This document shows positions 1-7,538 of a stretch of DNA of 64,000 nucleotides, one piece after another. The position numbers and the translations under genes are program-made. The DNA is taken from the IMG/VR virus record IMGVR_UViG_3300045988_143356. The stretch is one strand, 5' to 3'. Numbering within the stretch: the first letter of the stretch is position 1; each line of letters starts with the position of its first letter. Source of the DNA: a virus. Below the pieces are notes generated by a model that searched no databases, was not told the DNA's origin, and saw only the letters and a program-made list of their open reading frames with translations.

Positions 1-212
1 CTGTATATATCGAGATACCGGCCCGATACTTGGCTATTCCACAAGCGCGAGTTATTTAAGTCGCGATAATCGTTCAGGATGTACTCCTCTGCCTCATCGA
101 CCGTATTGAAGTGACCCACGAAATGATCTCCGAGAGCGCGGTCAAAGACCGAATAGTAGATAGCCCCGTTCAGGGCTCTCTCTTTAATAAATTCAAATCG
201 AGTTGTTATCAT
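1..212 (-). CDS. hypothetical protein (N-terminal part; ORF runs off the window start)
   Basis: ATG at 212 on minus strand, open to position 1 (MITTRFEFIKERALNG...); co-oriented with neighbours; absent from ORF track because no stop lies in the window. Confidence 0.4.
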   Translation of the reverse strand, partial: MITTRFEFIKERALNGAIYYSVFDRALGDHFVGHFNTVDEAEEYILNDYRDLNNSRLWNSQVSGRYLDIY

Positions 213-280
213 GATTTTGTTAGTTAGTGTTTTTTCGAGCCGTGGGGAGGCTTCGATCCTCCCCGAACCCCAAGGCACGG

Positions 281-553
281 CTATTGGTACCTCCGGACAA
301 TTTTAATACATTTGCCGGAGTTGGAGATTATTCGCACGTTGTCGTAAAACCTCCTATAATTCGCGAGGATAGTTTGAGCCTCGCACACAGCCTCGTATTT
401 AACCATACCTTTGGCCACGGCCGTAGCCAAAAAGTTTCCGAGCCATCTATTATCCAGATCGAAAAACATCTCTTGGCTGGTGACCAGGAAATTCGACACC
501 TTCAGGGTCAACTCCCCATTATTGAGGGATTTGTCGGAAATTCTAATTCTCAT
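281..553 (-). CDS. hypothetical protein
   Basis: 90-aa ORF with ATG start, co-oriented with adjacent small genes; no motif recognised. Confidence 0.55.
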   Translation of the reverse strand: MRIRISDKSLNNGELTLKVSNFLVTSQEMFFDLDNRWLGNFLATAVAKGMVKYEAVCEAQTILANYRRFYDNVRIISNSGKCIKIVRRYQ

Positions 554-577
554 AACTTTGTTTTTTTTTTAGCGATT

Positions 578-624
578 TGGGGCCTCGGGAGGGAGTCGAA
601 CCCTCCTGAACACCATGCGAGGCC
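578..624 (-). ncRNA. tRNA-like minihelix (acceptor stem + T-arm + encoded CCA, no D or anticodon arm)
   Basis: Minus strand GGCCTCG-CATGGTGTTCA-GGAGGG-TTCGACT-CCCTCC-CGAGGCC-CCA; 7-bp and 6-bp stems, canonical T-loop; intergenic between 633..980 and 281..553. Confidence 0.4.
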
Positions 625-632
625 AAGATTTT

Positions 633-980
633 TTAGCACCCCAACTCCTTGCAATGGCAATTCGAGGCTCGCCTGAGGTAGTCCAACGCACGGGCTGGAG
701 TCCAAGTCTCCCAAGCCCTGAACTCTTTCTCTCCGACCTCGTTTTTGACAAGGCGGCCGAGCACGCCCTCACGGTTGTAATTGTCATTGTGGAGGTGCTC
801 CACGATATAGCGAGGGTTGACATCATCAAGTCGGAGACCGTCAGCCTCCGCAAGTTGTTCAACCACCTCCCAATTATCCCTGATGGTTCGGAGGCAGCTG
901 CTGAGCGACTTGTGCTCCTTGTTGACGAGAGCGCGGAACTCCTTGAGCCCCTTTGCGCTAAAATTAAGTGTCTGTTTCAT
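633..980 (-). CDS. hypothetical protein
   Basis: 115-aa ORF, ATG at 980; flanked on both sides by tRNA-like elements; no motif recognised. Confidence 0.55.
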   Translation of the reverse strand: MKQTLNFSAKGLKEFRALVNKEHKSLSSCLRTIRDNWEVVEQLAEADGLRLDDVNPRYIVEHLHNDNYNREGVLGRLVKNEVGEKEFRAWETWTPARALDYLRRASNCHCKELGC

Positions 981-1011
981 ATTAAAACGATTTTAATTGT
1001 TAAAATTTTGA

Positions 1012-1069
1012 AAAAGCGAGGGGAATCGAACCCCCAAGGCATTATTAGCCCTATCCATCATTCGCTCCC
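1012..1069 (-). ncRNA. D-armless tRNA-like element
   Basis: Minus strand GGGAGCG-AATGATGGAT-AGGGC-TAATAAT-GCCTT-GGGGG-TTCGATT-CCCCT-CGCTTTT; acceptor stem needs 3 G-U pairs; canonical T-arm; loop lacks U33. Confidence 0.3.
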
Positions 1070-1356
1070 TTATATATGTCATCGGAGGCCTCCGCCTCCG
1101 CCCGTGTCATTTTGGCTGCTACTACTACTCCGCTCACGCCTCCTGACATCATGGCATACTGACAAATTGTCAGATTTTTCCGTGTGGCTCGGCCGACCCA
1201 AGAGCCTACTGACCAGCACGCAAAAAGCATTTCGCTAACAGGCATTTCACCCACGCACAGGCACAGCACTCCCCCACATCTCCGCACGGTACTCAATATT
1301 GTCAAAGAGCTGCCAACAGGAGGCATCTTCGGCGCCGTCCTTTTTTGTTGACAGTG

Positions 1357-1364
1357 CAAAGGTA
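1357..1364 (-). promoter_or_regulatory. candidate Bacteroidota-type -7 promoter box (TACCTTTG) for the leftward operon
   Basis: Matches TAnnTTTG on the minus strand, upstream of the 1069..281 gene/RNA string; position only, no transcript data. Confidence 0.3.
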
Positions 1365-1578
1365 CTGCAAATTTTTGTAATTGCAAAAAAAAAAGTGTAA
1401 TTTACCAAAATTTATAGTAAACAGGCCTCCTGGGTGTGTAGGTGGCATTTTATTTTTTACCAAACTTTGATTTTTGCCAAATGGGACACTCCTAAAGATT
1501 TTAGGATTTATCGCACCGTATATTTGCACACCTGTACGCACACGTATAAGCACACGAGGACAAAAAGATCATCGCCTT

Positions 1579-1594
1579 GCGCAAACGTTTGCGC
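1579..1594. promoter_or_regulatory. perfect 16-bp palindrome GCGCAAACGTTTGCGC (candidate operator)
   Basis: Exact dyad symmetry in the non-coding control region; further dyads at 1159-1173, 1690-1707, 1866-1882. Confidence 0.35.
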
Positions 1595-1884
1595 TTAGCT
1601 TCTAATGCAGGATCACCCCTTGAGTGGTGGTGTAGGTCATTTCGGGGGCGGAACGCGCTAAAATAGGCCTTAAAATGCTAAATCAAAAAGTTTCCACTTT
1701 TGGAAACCTAACTTATTGATTTTCAAGTAGTTACAAGATTCATTTCATCGTCTTTGGAGTGTAACAAATTGACTATCAAGGGGGTACGGGGGGTATTTAG
1801 GGCAAACGGCGGCGTGCGGTGGTGGGACCCAAAAAAATTTTTTTTACGATTTTCCGACCCTGCTTGTGCCAAAAAATGGCACAA

Positions 1885-2177
1885 TGTAGGAAATGAAGCC
1901 ATAAATCTCTATCGCATAAGAAATCACCTTGAACTACATTGGAGTAACTTATTGATTCAATGTGTATTGTGAAGATGTAGTGTAGTAATGTAGTTATATA
2001 CACGCATAACATTAAAAAAGTCTCCTGCGTATATATTATAGGAACGCACACAGACGAGAAAAATGTTAGAAATGCACTACACTAACTACACCAACTACAC
2101 TAAATGGTTTTAATTTGTTCAAAGAAAGTAAGTTGCGTTAGTGTAGTTTCAGTGTAGGGCAACTACACCGGACTACA
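1885..2177. repeat. iteron-like array of 12 TGTAG/CTACA pentamers
   Basis: TGTAG at 1885, 1976, 1981, 1989, 2142, 2153; CTACA at 1934, 2077, 2086, 2095, 2163, 2173. Three ACTACAC units are spaced exactly 9 nt apart (2076, 2085, 2094). Inverted pair GTGTAG-ggcaa-CTACAC at 2152-2168. Confidence 0.75.
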
Positions 2178-2376
2178 TTCCGGGAGTTTGGCGCGGTATT
2201 TGAAGGCTTGGGCGGGTCGTTATGATGATAGCGAAGGAAAGTCTTCGCCTCGGGCAGGAGGTCCTGCTTCTGGCGACGGGTCGGAGGGGCACGATAGACG
2301 CCCTCACGCAGACGAGCCTCGGCGTTCTGACCGGGGACGGCGAGTATGTGGTATGCGGCTACGGGGAGATAGGGGT

Positions 2377-2811
2377 ATGCGGCGGAAGAGGATAGAGGGC
2401 CGTTACGAGGTGACGGATGACGGCGTGGTGTGGTCCGGCGGGCTGCCTCTGCGCCCGGTCCGTGGCGTGTGGGTCTCGATAGGGGGCCGGCGGAGGCGTG
2501 TGGACTGGCTGGTGGCGCGCGCGTTCGTGCCGAACCCGGAGGGTCGGCCGTGCCTGGCGCACCTGAACGGCGACGTGCGCGACAGCCGGGCGGAGAACCT
2601 GGAGTGGCGCGAGGAGCCGCAGTCGTGGGCAAGGTCCGGGAGGCGTGCGAGTCCGAGGCCCGTGGGCGCGTGGGACAGGGCCGGGGACTCCGCGGGTGTC
2701 TGGGGCGGCGTGGTGGAGGCCGCGCGGGCGACGGGCCTGCGGGCGTCCGGGATAAGGTCGGCGGCGGACCGGAAGGGGAGCTGCGGGGGGCTGCTATGGA
2801 GATGGCTGTGA
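2377..2811 (+). CDS. HNH homing-type endonuclease (NUMOD4-like N-terminus + HNH_3-like core)
   Basis: IEGRYEVTDDGVVWS (NUMOD4-like), VARAFVPNPEGRPCLAHLNGDVRDSRAENLEW (HNH_3-like); ATG at 2377 chosen over the long upstream extension of track ORF 2188..2811. Confidence 0.7.
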   Translation: MRRKRIEGRYEVTDDGVVWSGGLPLRPVRGVWVSIGGRRRRVDWLVARAFVPNPEGRPCLAHLNGDVRDSRAENLEWREEPQSWARSGRRASPRPVGAWDRAGDSAGVWGGVVEAARATGLRASGIRSAADRKGSCGGLLWRWL

Positions 2812-3119
2812 CGGGCCGGACGCGGGCCGAGGCGCTCGCGCGGCTGAAGGAGCTGATGTGGCGTGAGGTGTGGCGGGACGAGGTGGAGCTCCCGGGCGTG
2901 GTTTACGAGGAGCCGGGGGGCGGCGTGGTCCGCGCCGGCGTGGATCTGGGGGTTTTCAAGGTGAAGGATGCTCCGGAGCGGATGTCGCCGGAGGATCTGG
3001 AGAGGGAGATAGCGGGTCTGACTGACAGGCTGGTGCGCTGCCGGCTGGCTTTGGACAGGAAGCGCGGGGACACGCCCGCCGGCGCGGCCGTGGAGTTTGC
3101 GGATTTGGTGAAAGATTGA
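2796..3119 (+). CDS. hypothetical protein
   Basis: ATG at 2796 within track ORF 2430..3119, 16-nt overlap with the HNH gene end; helical/charged sequence; GC-rich region so ORF evidence is weak. Confidence 0.4.
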   Translation: MEMAVTGRTRAEALARLKELMWREVWRDEVELPGVVYEEPGGGVVRAGVDLGVFKVKDAPERMSPEDLEREIAGLTDRLVRCRLALDRKRGDTPAGAAVEFADLVKD

Positions 3120-3296
3120 TATATTTGCGGGTCTAAAAGGGGTGGCCCGGTGCGAGCGGGGGTGCGGGCGGCGCACCCCGTCCTGGCAATGGCCGCGGAT
3201 GCGGCGGGAGGATGTCCCCGTGGAGGAATTTCGTCCTTCCGCCCGAGTGAGGGTACCTGGCGTAATTTTTCATAGCCCTATCCGCGGCAGCCGCTC

Positions 3297-3347
3297 CGGC
3301 GCGTCGGGATTTCAGGTCCCCGTGGGGTTCGAGTCCCCGCGCGCCGC
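3297..3347 (+). ncRNA. D-armless tRNA-like element with TCA in the anticodon position
   Basis: CGGCGCG-T-CGGGA-TTTCAGG-TCCC(C)G-TGGGG-TTCGAGT-CCCCG-CGCGCCG-C; perfect 7-bp acceptor stem, canonical T-loop, 7-nt loop with T33/TCA/G37; upstream of helicase ATG 3370. Confidence 0.4.
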
Positions 3348-3369
3348 TCGTTATGGAAAGGATTTTATC

Positions 3370-4821
3370 ATGGACTGGAGATTCATAGAGGACCGCCTCG
3401 TCGGGGTCCAGAAGCAGGCGGGCACGCTCGTCGGCCTGGGCGCGAGCGACGAGCGCGTGAACAAGCGGACGGAGGCCGGGCTGTGCAAGGTGTTCCGGCG
3501 TATGCTGTGCGGCGTGGAGGGCGACAGTCCCGGTGGGATGATGCTCGCCGACGAGGACGGGCAGCTTTACGGGTACAACGGCAGGTGGTACGAGCTGGTG
3601 ACGGAGGAGGCGCTGCTCGAGCTGGTGATCCGTGTGATGGAGCGTCTCGACGTGGGGATAGTTTACCAGACGGGTTCGGCGAAGGCGGCGCGCGACTACT
3701 GCGTGAACGCGCTTGTCGGGGATTCGCGGTGCAGGTTCGTGCCGGACCGGCGGTGGGTGTGCTTCACGAACGGGGTGTACGACGTGCGGGAGGGGCGGCT
3801 GCTGGGTTTCGGGCCGGAGTACGTGACGGACATGGTGATGGACTACGCGTTCGACGCGGAGGCGCGGTCGCGTCTGTGGGACAGTGTGCTGGCGCGGACG
3901 GTCCCGGATCCTGGGATGCGGGCGGCCTTCCGGCAGTTCTGCGGCTGCATGCTGGCGGACCGGCGGGAGTACACGATAGAGTACATCACGTTCGTGGTCG
4001 GCGAGGGGCAGAACGGCAAGAGCGTGATATGCAAGGCGGTGGTGAACACGCTGGGCAGGCGGGTGGCGAGCAGCTACAACCCGGAGCAGCTGTTCCGGAG
4101 CGCGCAGCGGGACTACCACCTTGCGGACGTGAACGGGAAGGTGGTGAACTACTGCGACGACGTGTCGAACAAGGACTTCTCCGGGGGGGACTTCAAGATG
4201 TTCGTGTCGGGGGCGCCGTTCACGGGGCGGCATCCGTACTCCAGGCGTCCGACAAGGGTGGACAAGGTGCCTCTGATGCTGTGCTGCGCGAACAAGATAC
4301 CGCCGACGACGGACGACTCGGAGGGGTATTTCAGAAGGTTCCTGGTCATATTGGCGCCGAACAGGGTCGATGACCGCGACAAGGACCCGCAGCTTGTGTC
4401 GAAGCTGGCTGCGCCGGATGTGAAGGCGGCGATATTCGACTGGATGCTGGAGGGGTACCGCGAGTTCGTGGCGAACGGGGGGAAGATAGACGTGCCGCAG
4501 TCTGTGCGGGATGTCGTGGAGGAGATGAAGGCGGGCGCGAACTCGCTGCGGAGGTGGCTGGACACGGAGGGCTATGTGGCGGCGGTCCCGCGGCAGAGGA
4601 GCGGCGAGGGCTGGCGGCCTTTGAAGGAGTGGGTGCAGGAGTACATCAACTATTGCAGGGACTGGGGCGAGGTGCCGAGGTCGAGGAGCTCGGTGACGGA
4701 CATGTTCGCGAAGATGGGCGCGGCGAAGGTCAGAAGGGGCGACGGGATGTGGTACTACCTGGAGCGGAGGGTGGAGCTTCCGGAGGAGGAAAAGGATGTG
4801 ATGGCGGATCTGCCTTTTTGA
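3370..4821 (+). CDS. D5/P4-family primase-helicase (SF3 NTPase)
   Basis: Walker A VVGEGQNGKSV, YCDDV (Walker B-like), FTGRHPYSRRP...LMLCCANKIPPTTDDSEGYFRRFLV typical of P4-type primase C-terminal domain; ATG 3370 preferred to track start 3142. Confidence 0.8.
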   Translation: MDWRFIEDRLVGVQKQAGTLVGLGASDERVNKRTEAGLCKVFRRMLCGVEGDSPGGMMLADEDGQLYGYNGRWYELVTEEALLELVIRVMERLDVGIVYQTGSAKAARDYCVNALVGDSRCRFVPDRRWVCFTNGVYDVREGRLLGFGPEYVTDMVMDYAFDAEARSRLWDSVLARTVPDPGMRAAFRQFCGCMLADRREYTIEYITFVVGEGQNGKSVICKAVVNTLGRRVASSYNPEQLFRSAQRDYHLADVNGKVVNYCDDVSNKDFSGGDFKMFVSGAPFTGRHPYSRRPTRVDKVPLMLCCANKIPPTTDDSEGYFRRFLVILAPNRVDDRDKDPQLVSKLAAPDVKAAIFDWMLEGYREFVANGGKIDVPQSVRDVVEEMKAGANSLRRWLDTEGYVAAVPRQRSGEGWRPLKEWVQEYINYCRDWGEVPRSRSSVTDMFAKMGAAKVRRGDGMWYYLERRVELPEEEKDVMADLPF

Positions 4822-4847
4822 ATTGTATGTTAAAAAATCAATAGGTT

Positions 4848-5366
4848 ATGAAAAAAAAGCAAATCAATGATGTGCCGGCGGATGTGTCGGCTAAGATGAA
4901 GGAGCTGGAGGAGCTCGCGGAGAGGTACGGGGTGTCGATGTTCGCAATGGCGTGCACAGGCGAGGTCTTGGCGCACTTCATGACCGGCGACTGGGCTCCG
5001 ATCGTGGTTGGGCTTGTGACGATGGGGCGGAGGTATGGTTCCGTCCGCGGCATTGTTTCCGCGGCGGCGCGCATCCTGAACGGGGACCTCACCGACGATT
5101 TCGAGAGGGTGACGCGGGAGATGCGCGGGACGTGGAAGGCGAAGAACGCCGACTACGGGAGCAGCTTCGACGACGGCGTGGACCGCTTCGGCCTCGTGTC
5201 GGCTGCGGTGCGTATATGCGACAAGGCGAACAGGTTCGCGAGCCTTGCCGACGGTAAGAAGGCCAATGTCAAGGGGGAGGCGTTGCGTGACACGCTTATG
5301 GACCTGGCGAATTACGCGGTGATGACGGTGATGCGTCTGGACCAAGACAAGAAAGGCGATGAGTAA
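4848..5366 (+). CDS. DUF1599-like helical protein (nucleotide-modification-associated family)
   Basis: WKAKNADYGSSFDD...GLVSAAVRICDKANRFASL...LRDTLMDLANYAVM resembles DUF1599 as remembered; pattern-based only. Confidence 0.5.
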   Translation: MKKKQINDVPADVSAKMKELEELAERYGVSMFAMACTGEVLAHFMTGDWAPIVVGLVTMGRRYGSVRGIVSAAARILNGDLTDDFERVTREMRGTWKAKNADYGSSFDDGVDRFGLVSAAVRICDKANRFASLADGKKANVKGEALRDTLMDLANYAVMTVMRLDQDKKGDE

Positions 5367-6297
5367 GGACGGTTTCAGGTTCGACTACGATCCTCTGGCG
5401 GCCTTGGCGAACTGTCCGAAGCTGCTGGGGATGGAGCTTGTGCCGAGGGGTAACGGTCTCCAGGGCGGGTATTACCTGAACGGGGACAGGCATCCGTACC
5501 GCAGGGACAAGCTCAAGGTCTTCGTGGGCCGGGGCAGCGTGTGGGTCAGCGAGGAGGGCGGCAGGTGCGTGTCCCTCACGCAGTGGCTTCGCGAGTTCGG
5601 CGGGGCGGAGACCTACCGCGACGCGGTGCGGATGATCAACGGCGAGCCCCAGTCGGTGGACTGGAACCGGGAGTTCCGGAGGATAGTGTCGCCGGATGTG
5701 AAGTACGTGCCGAAGGATGTCCTTGAGGCGGCGAGGGCGTATGACCTCGGAAGGTGCCCTCTTTTCCGCTGGATGTGCGGGCTTTTCCCGGAGGCGGATG
5801 TCCGCGGGGTGTGGGGGCGTTACAACGTGACCACGGACTCGAAGGGGAACGCCGTTTTCTGGTTCACGGACTCGGCCGGGCGGGTGCTGTTCGACAAGCG
5901 CATGGCGTACGGCGAGGACGGGCACCGGCTGAGGGACTTCTTCCCCGGCAGGAAGTACCGTGTCGGCGACGGGTACACGGGGAGGTGCTATTTCGGGGCG
6001 CATCTGGTCGATCAGGGGCGCAAGGTCTATGTCTGCGAGAGCGAGAAGACGTGCCTTCTGGTCGCGCTGGCCTATCCGGGTCGCCAGTGCGTGGCGACGG
6101 GCGGCAAGGGCAACCTGCGGGACGTGGACGCCAACACAGTGCTGCTTCCGGACATGGACGCGAGGTTTGAATGGCAGGAGAAAGGCGAGATATGGCCCTG
6201 GTGGGAGAAGTGGGGAGTCAAGGAAATCCCGGATAAAGGCGACATCGGGGACATGATAGTCTGGAAAAGGGTTCGTGACTTGAACGTAAAAGGTTAA
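5359..6297 (+). CDS. Toprim-domain primase-like protein
   Basis: VYVCESEKTCLLVA (Toprim Glu) and LLPDMDA (DxD) motifs; follows the helicase module. Confidence 0.55.
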   Translation: MSKDGFRFDYDPLAALANCPKLLGMELVPRGNGLQGGYYLNGDRHPYRRDKLKVFVGRGSVWVSEEGGRCVSLTQWLREFGGAETYRDAVRMINGEPQSVDWNREFRRIVSPDVKYVPKDVLEAARAYDLGRCPLFRWMCGLFPEADVRGVWGRYNVTTDSKGNAVFWFTDSAGRVLFDKRMAYGEDGHRLRDFFPGRKYRVGDGYTGRCYFGAHLVDQGRKVYVCESEKTCLLVALAYPGRQCVATGGKGNLRDVDANTVLLPDMDARFEWQEKGEIWPWWEKWGVKEIPDKGDIGDMIVWKRVRDLNVKG

Positions 6298-6380
6298 AAT
6301 TCGTGTTTTGGGCGCGTTTTTGCCTAAAACCAAGGAAATGTATATCTTTGGGGGCGAAACCCCGTTAAAACTAAAAAAAA

Positions 6381-6890
6381 ATGAAAATTTGGGACAGGTT
6401 CGTGAGGCTCTGGTGCCTCAATGTCATGAACCCGGTCGTGGTCAGCGGCGAGAAGGGCGGGTTCAGGTATGTTTTCCGCCGCTACACGCTGGAGCTGCGG
6501 ACGGTGAGCGGCAACTGGCGGATGAGGGTGACGGCGTGCGAGCATCCGTGGGCGTATCTGCGGGCGAGCGTCGAGCAGGGGAGGGAGGACAACGTGTTCG
6601 GGTTCGCGCACGTGCTGTACTACCTGACGATGACGATGACGACCGACCAGCGGCTTGTGGACGAGGTGCAGAAGGCGCTCGTGGACTACGAGACGCGGCT
6701 GGCGGAGGGGGAGAAGTCCGGGGAGGACCCGGAGGAAGAGAAGGCCGCCATGGAGGAGGTCAAGGGCGTGCAGGAGTACGTCGAGATGGGCGCGAGGGAG
6801 CGGAGGAAGTACGAGCGGGATGTGAACCGGCGATTTCGGAAGGCGGCGGAGAAGGTGAGGTCGGCACGGAATTTGAAGGGTAAGGATTAA
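6381..6890 (+). CDS. hypothetical protein
   Basis: 169-aa ORF, ATG preceded by an A-run; acidic/basic helical C-terminus. Confidence 0.55.
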   Translation: MKIWDRFVRLWCLNVMNPVVVSGEKGGFRYVFRRYTLELRTVSGNWRMRVTACEHPWAYLRASVEQGREDNVFGFAHVLYYLTMTMTTDQRLVDEVQKALVDYETRLAEGEKSGEDPEEEKAAMEEVKGVQEYVEMGARERRKYERDVNRRFRKAAEKVRSARNLKGKD

Positions 6891-6900
6891 AACAAAAAAA

Positions 6901-7536
6901 ATGGAAGAAGGAATTTTTTACAAGCGCGGCTCGAAGAGCGATTACGCCGGGGTGGATATGTTGCCTAACGGGAAAGACATTCCTCGTCTGGTAATAACTG
7001 ACATCCGCTTTCACGAGGCTTTGATGATTAACGGTCGTCAAGATAAGGAGCGTTGGACGGCGCATTTTGCACCTAATCCGTTCTGTAACAAGCCTTTACT
7101 CTTAAATTCGACGAACAAATCAAGGATAGCGAAGGCTTTCTGGAATACGCCGGTGGAGGATGGAACAGCGTGTGCCGGAAGGATAAATCTGTTGCATAAC
7201 ATCCCGGTCCGTCTTACGGCGGAGGTCGCTCGTGACGTGGCTAATGGAGGTGAGACTCTTGGTCTCCGCGTCAGCCGCTATCCGGCGGCCACCGAGGAGG
7301 AGATGCAGCAGTGGCTCGTCGAGAACGGCTACGCACAGGCGCCGGAGCCGGCGCCGGCGGCGAAAAAGGTTATCACCGAGGATAAGGTGGGTGTCATAGT
7401 CGAATGGGCGTTGAAGAACGGCCTTGACATGGCGGCGATAAAGGAGCGCTACGACTTCGAGAGCCAGACGGTCGAGGATGCGGTGGCTGACGGCATAGCC
7501 GCGAAGCCGCAGGAGAGTGACGATTTACCTGAGTAG
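6901..7536 (+). CDS. hypothetical protein, candidate recombination partner (annealing or ssDNA-binding protein) of the exonuclease
   Basis: Immediately upstream of the YqaJ-type exonuclease with a 2-nt gap; acidic C-terminus ...ESDDLPE; function inferred from position only. Confidence 0.5.
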   Translation: MEEGIFYKRGSKSDYAGVDMLPNGKDIPRLVITDIRFHEALMINGRQDKERWTAHFAPNPFCNKPLLLNSTNKSRIAKAFWNTPVEDGTACAGRINLLHNIPVRLTAEVARDVANGGETLGLRVSRYPAATEEEMQQWLVENGYAQAPEPAPAAKKVITEDKVGVIVEWALKNGLDMAAIKERYDFESQTVEDAVADGIAAKPQESDDLPE

Positions 7537-7538
7537 CC

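Noticed and set aside
578-668. Full-length class II tRNA (91 nt) using GCCTCGA at 668->662 as the 5' acceptor strand
   Set aside because: The intervening sequence gives no acceptable D-arm or anticodon arm, and it would overlap the last 11 codons of 633..980. The compact minihelix model fits better. No canonical tRNA gene could be folded anywhere in the window.
615-1386. ORFs 615..1238(+), 569..862(-) and 1051..1386(-) in the control region
   Set aside because: They overlap better-supported minus-strand genes or the tRNA-like elements, have low-complexity or implausible sequence, and lack sensible starts.
2138-6333. Very long antisense or alternative-frame ORFs in the GC-rich block (for example 2403..3176-, 3133..4233-, 3483..4373+, 5296..6333-)
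   Set aside because: Their products are Arg/Pro/Ala/Gly-rich with no motifs, and they fully overlap sense ORFs that carry clear helicase, Toprim and HNH motifs. Stop-poor alternative frames are expected at about 70% GC.
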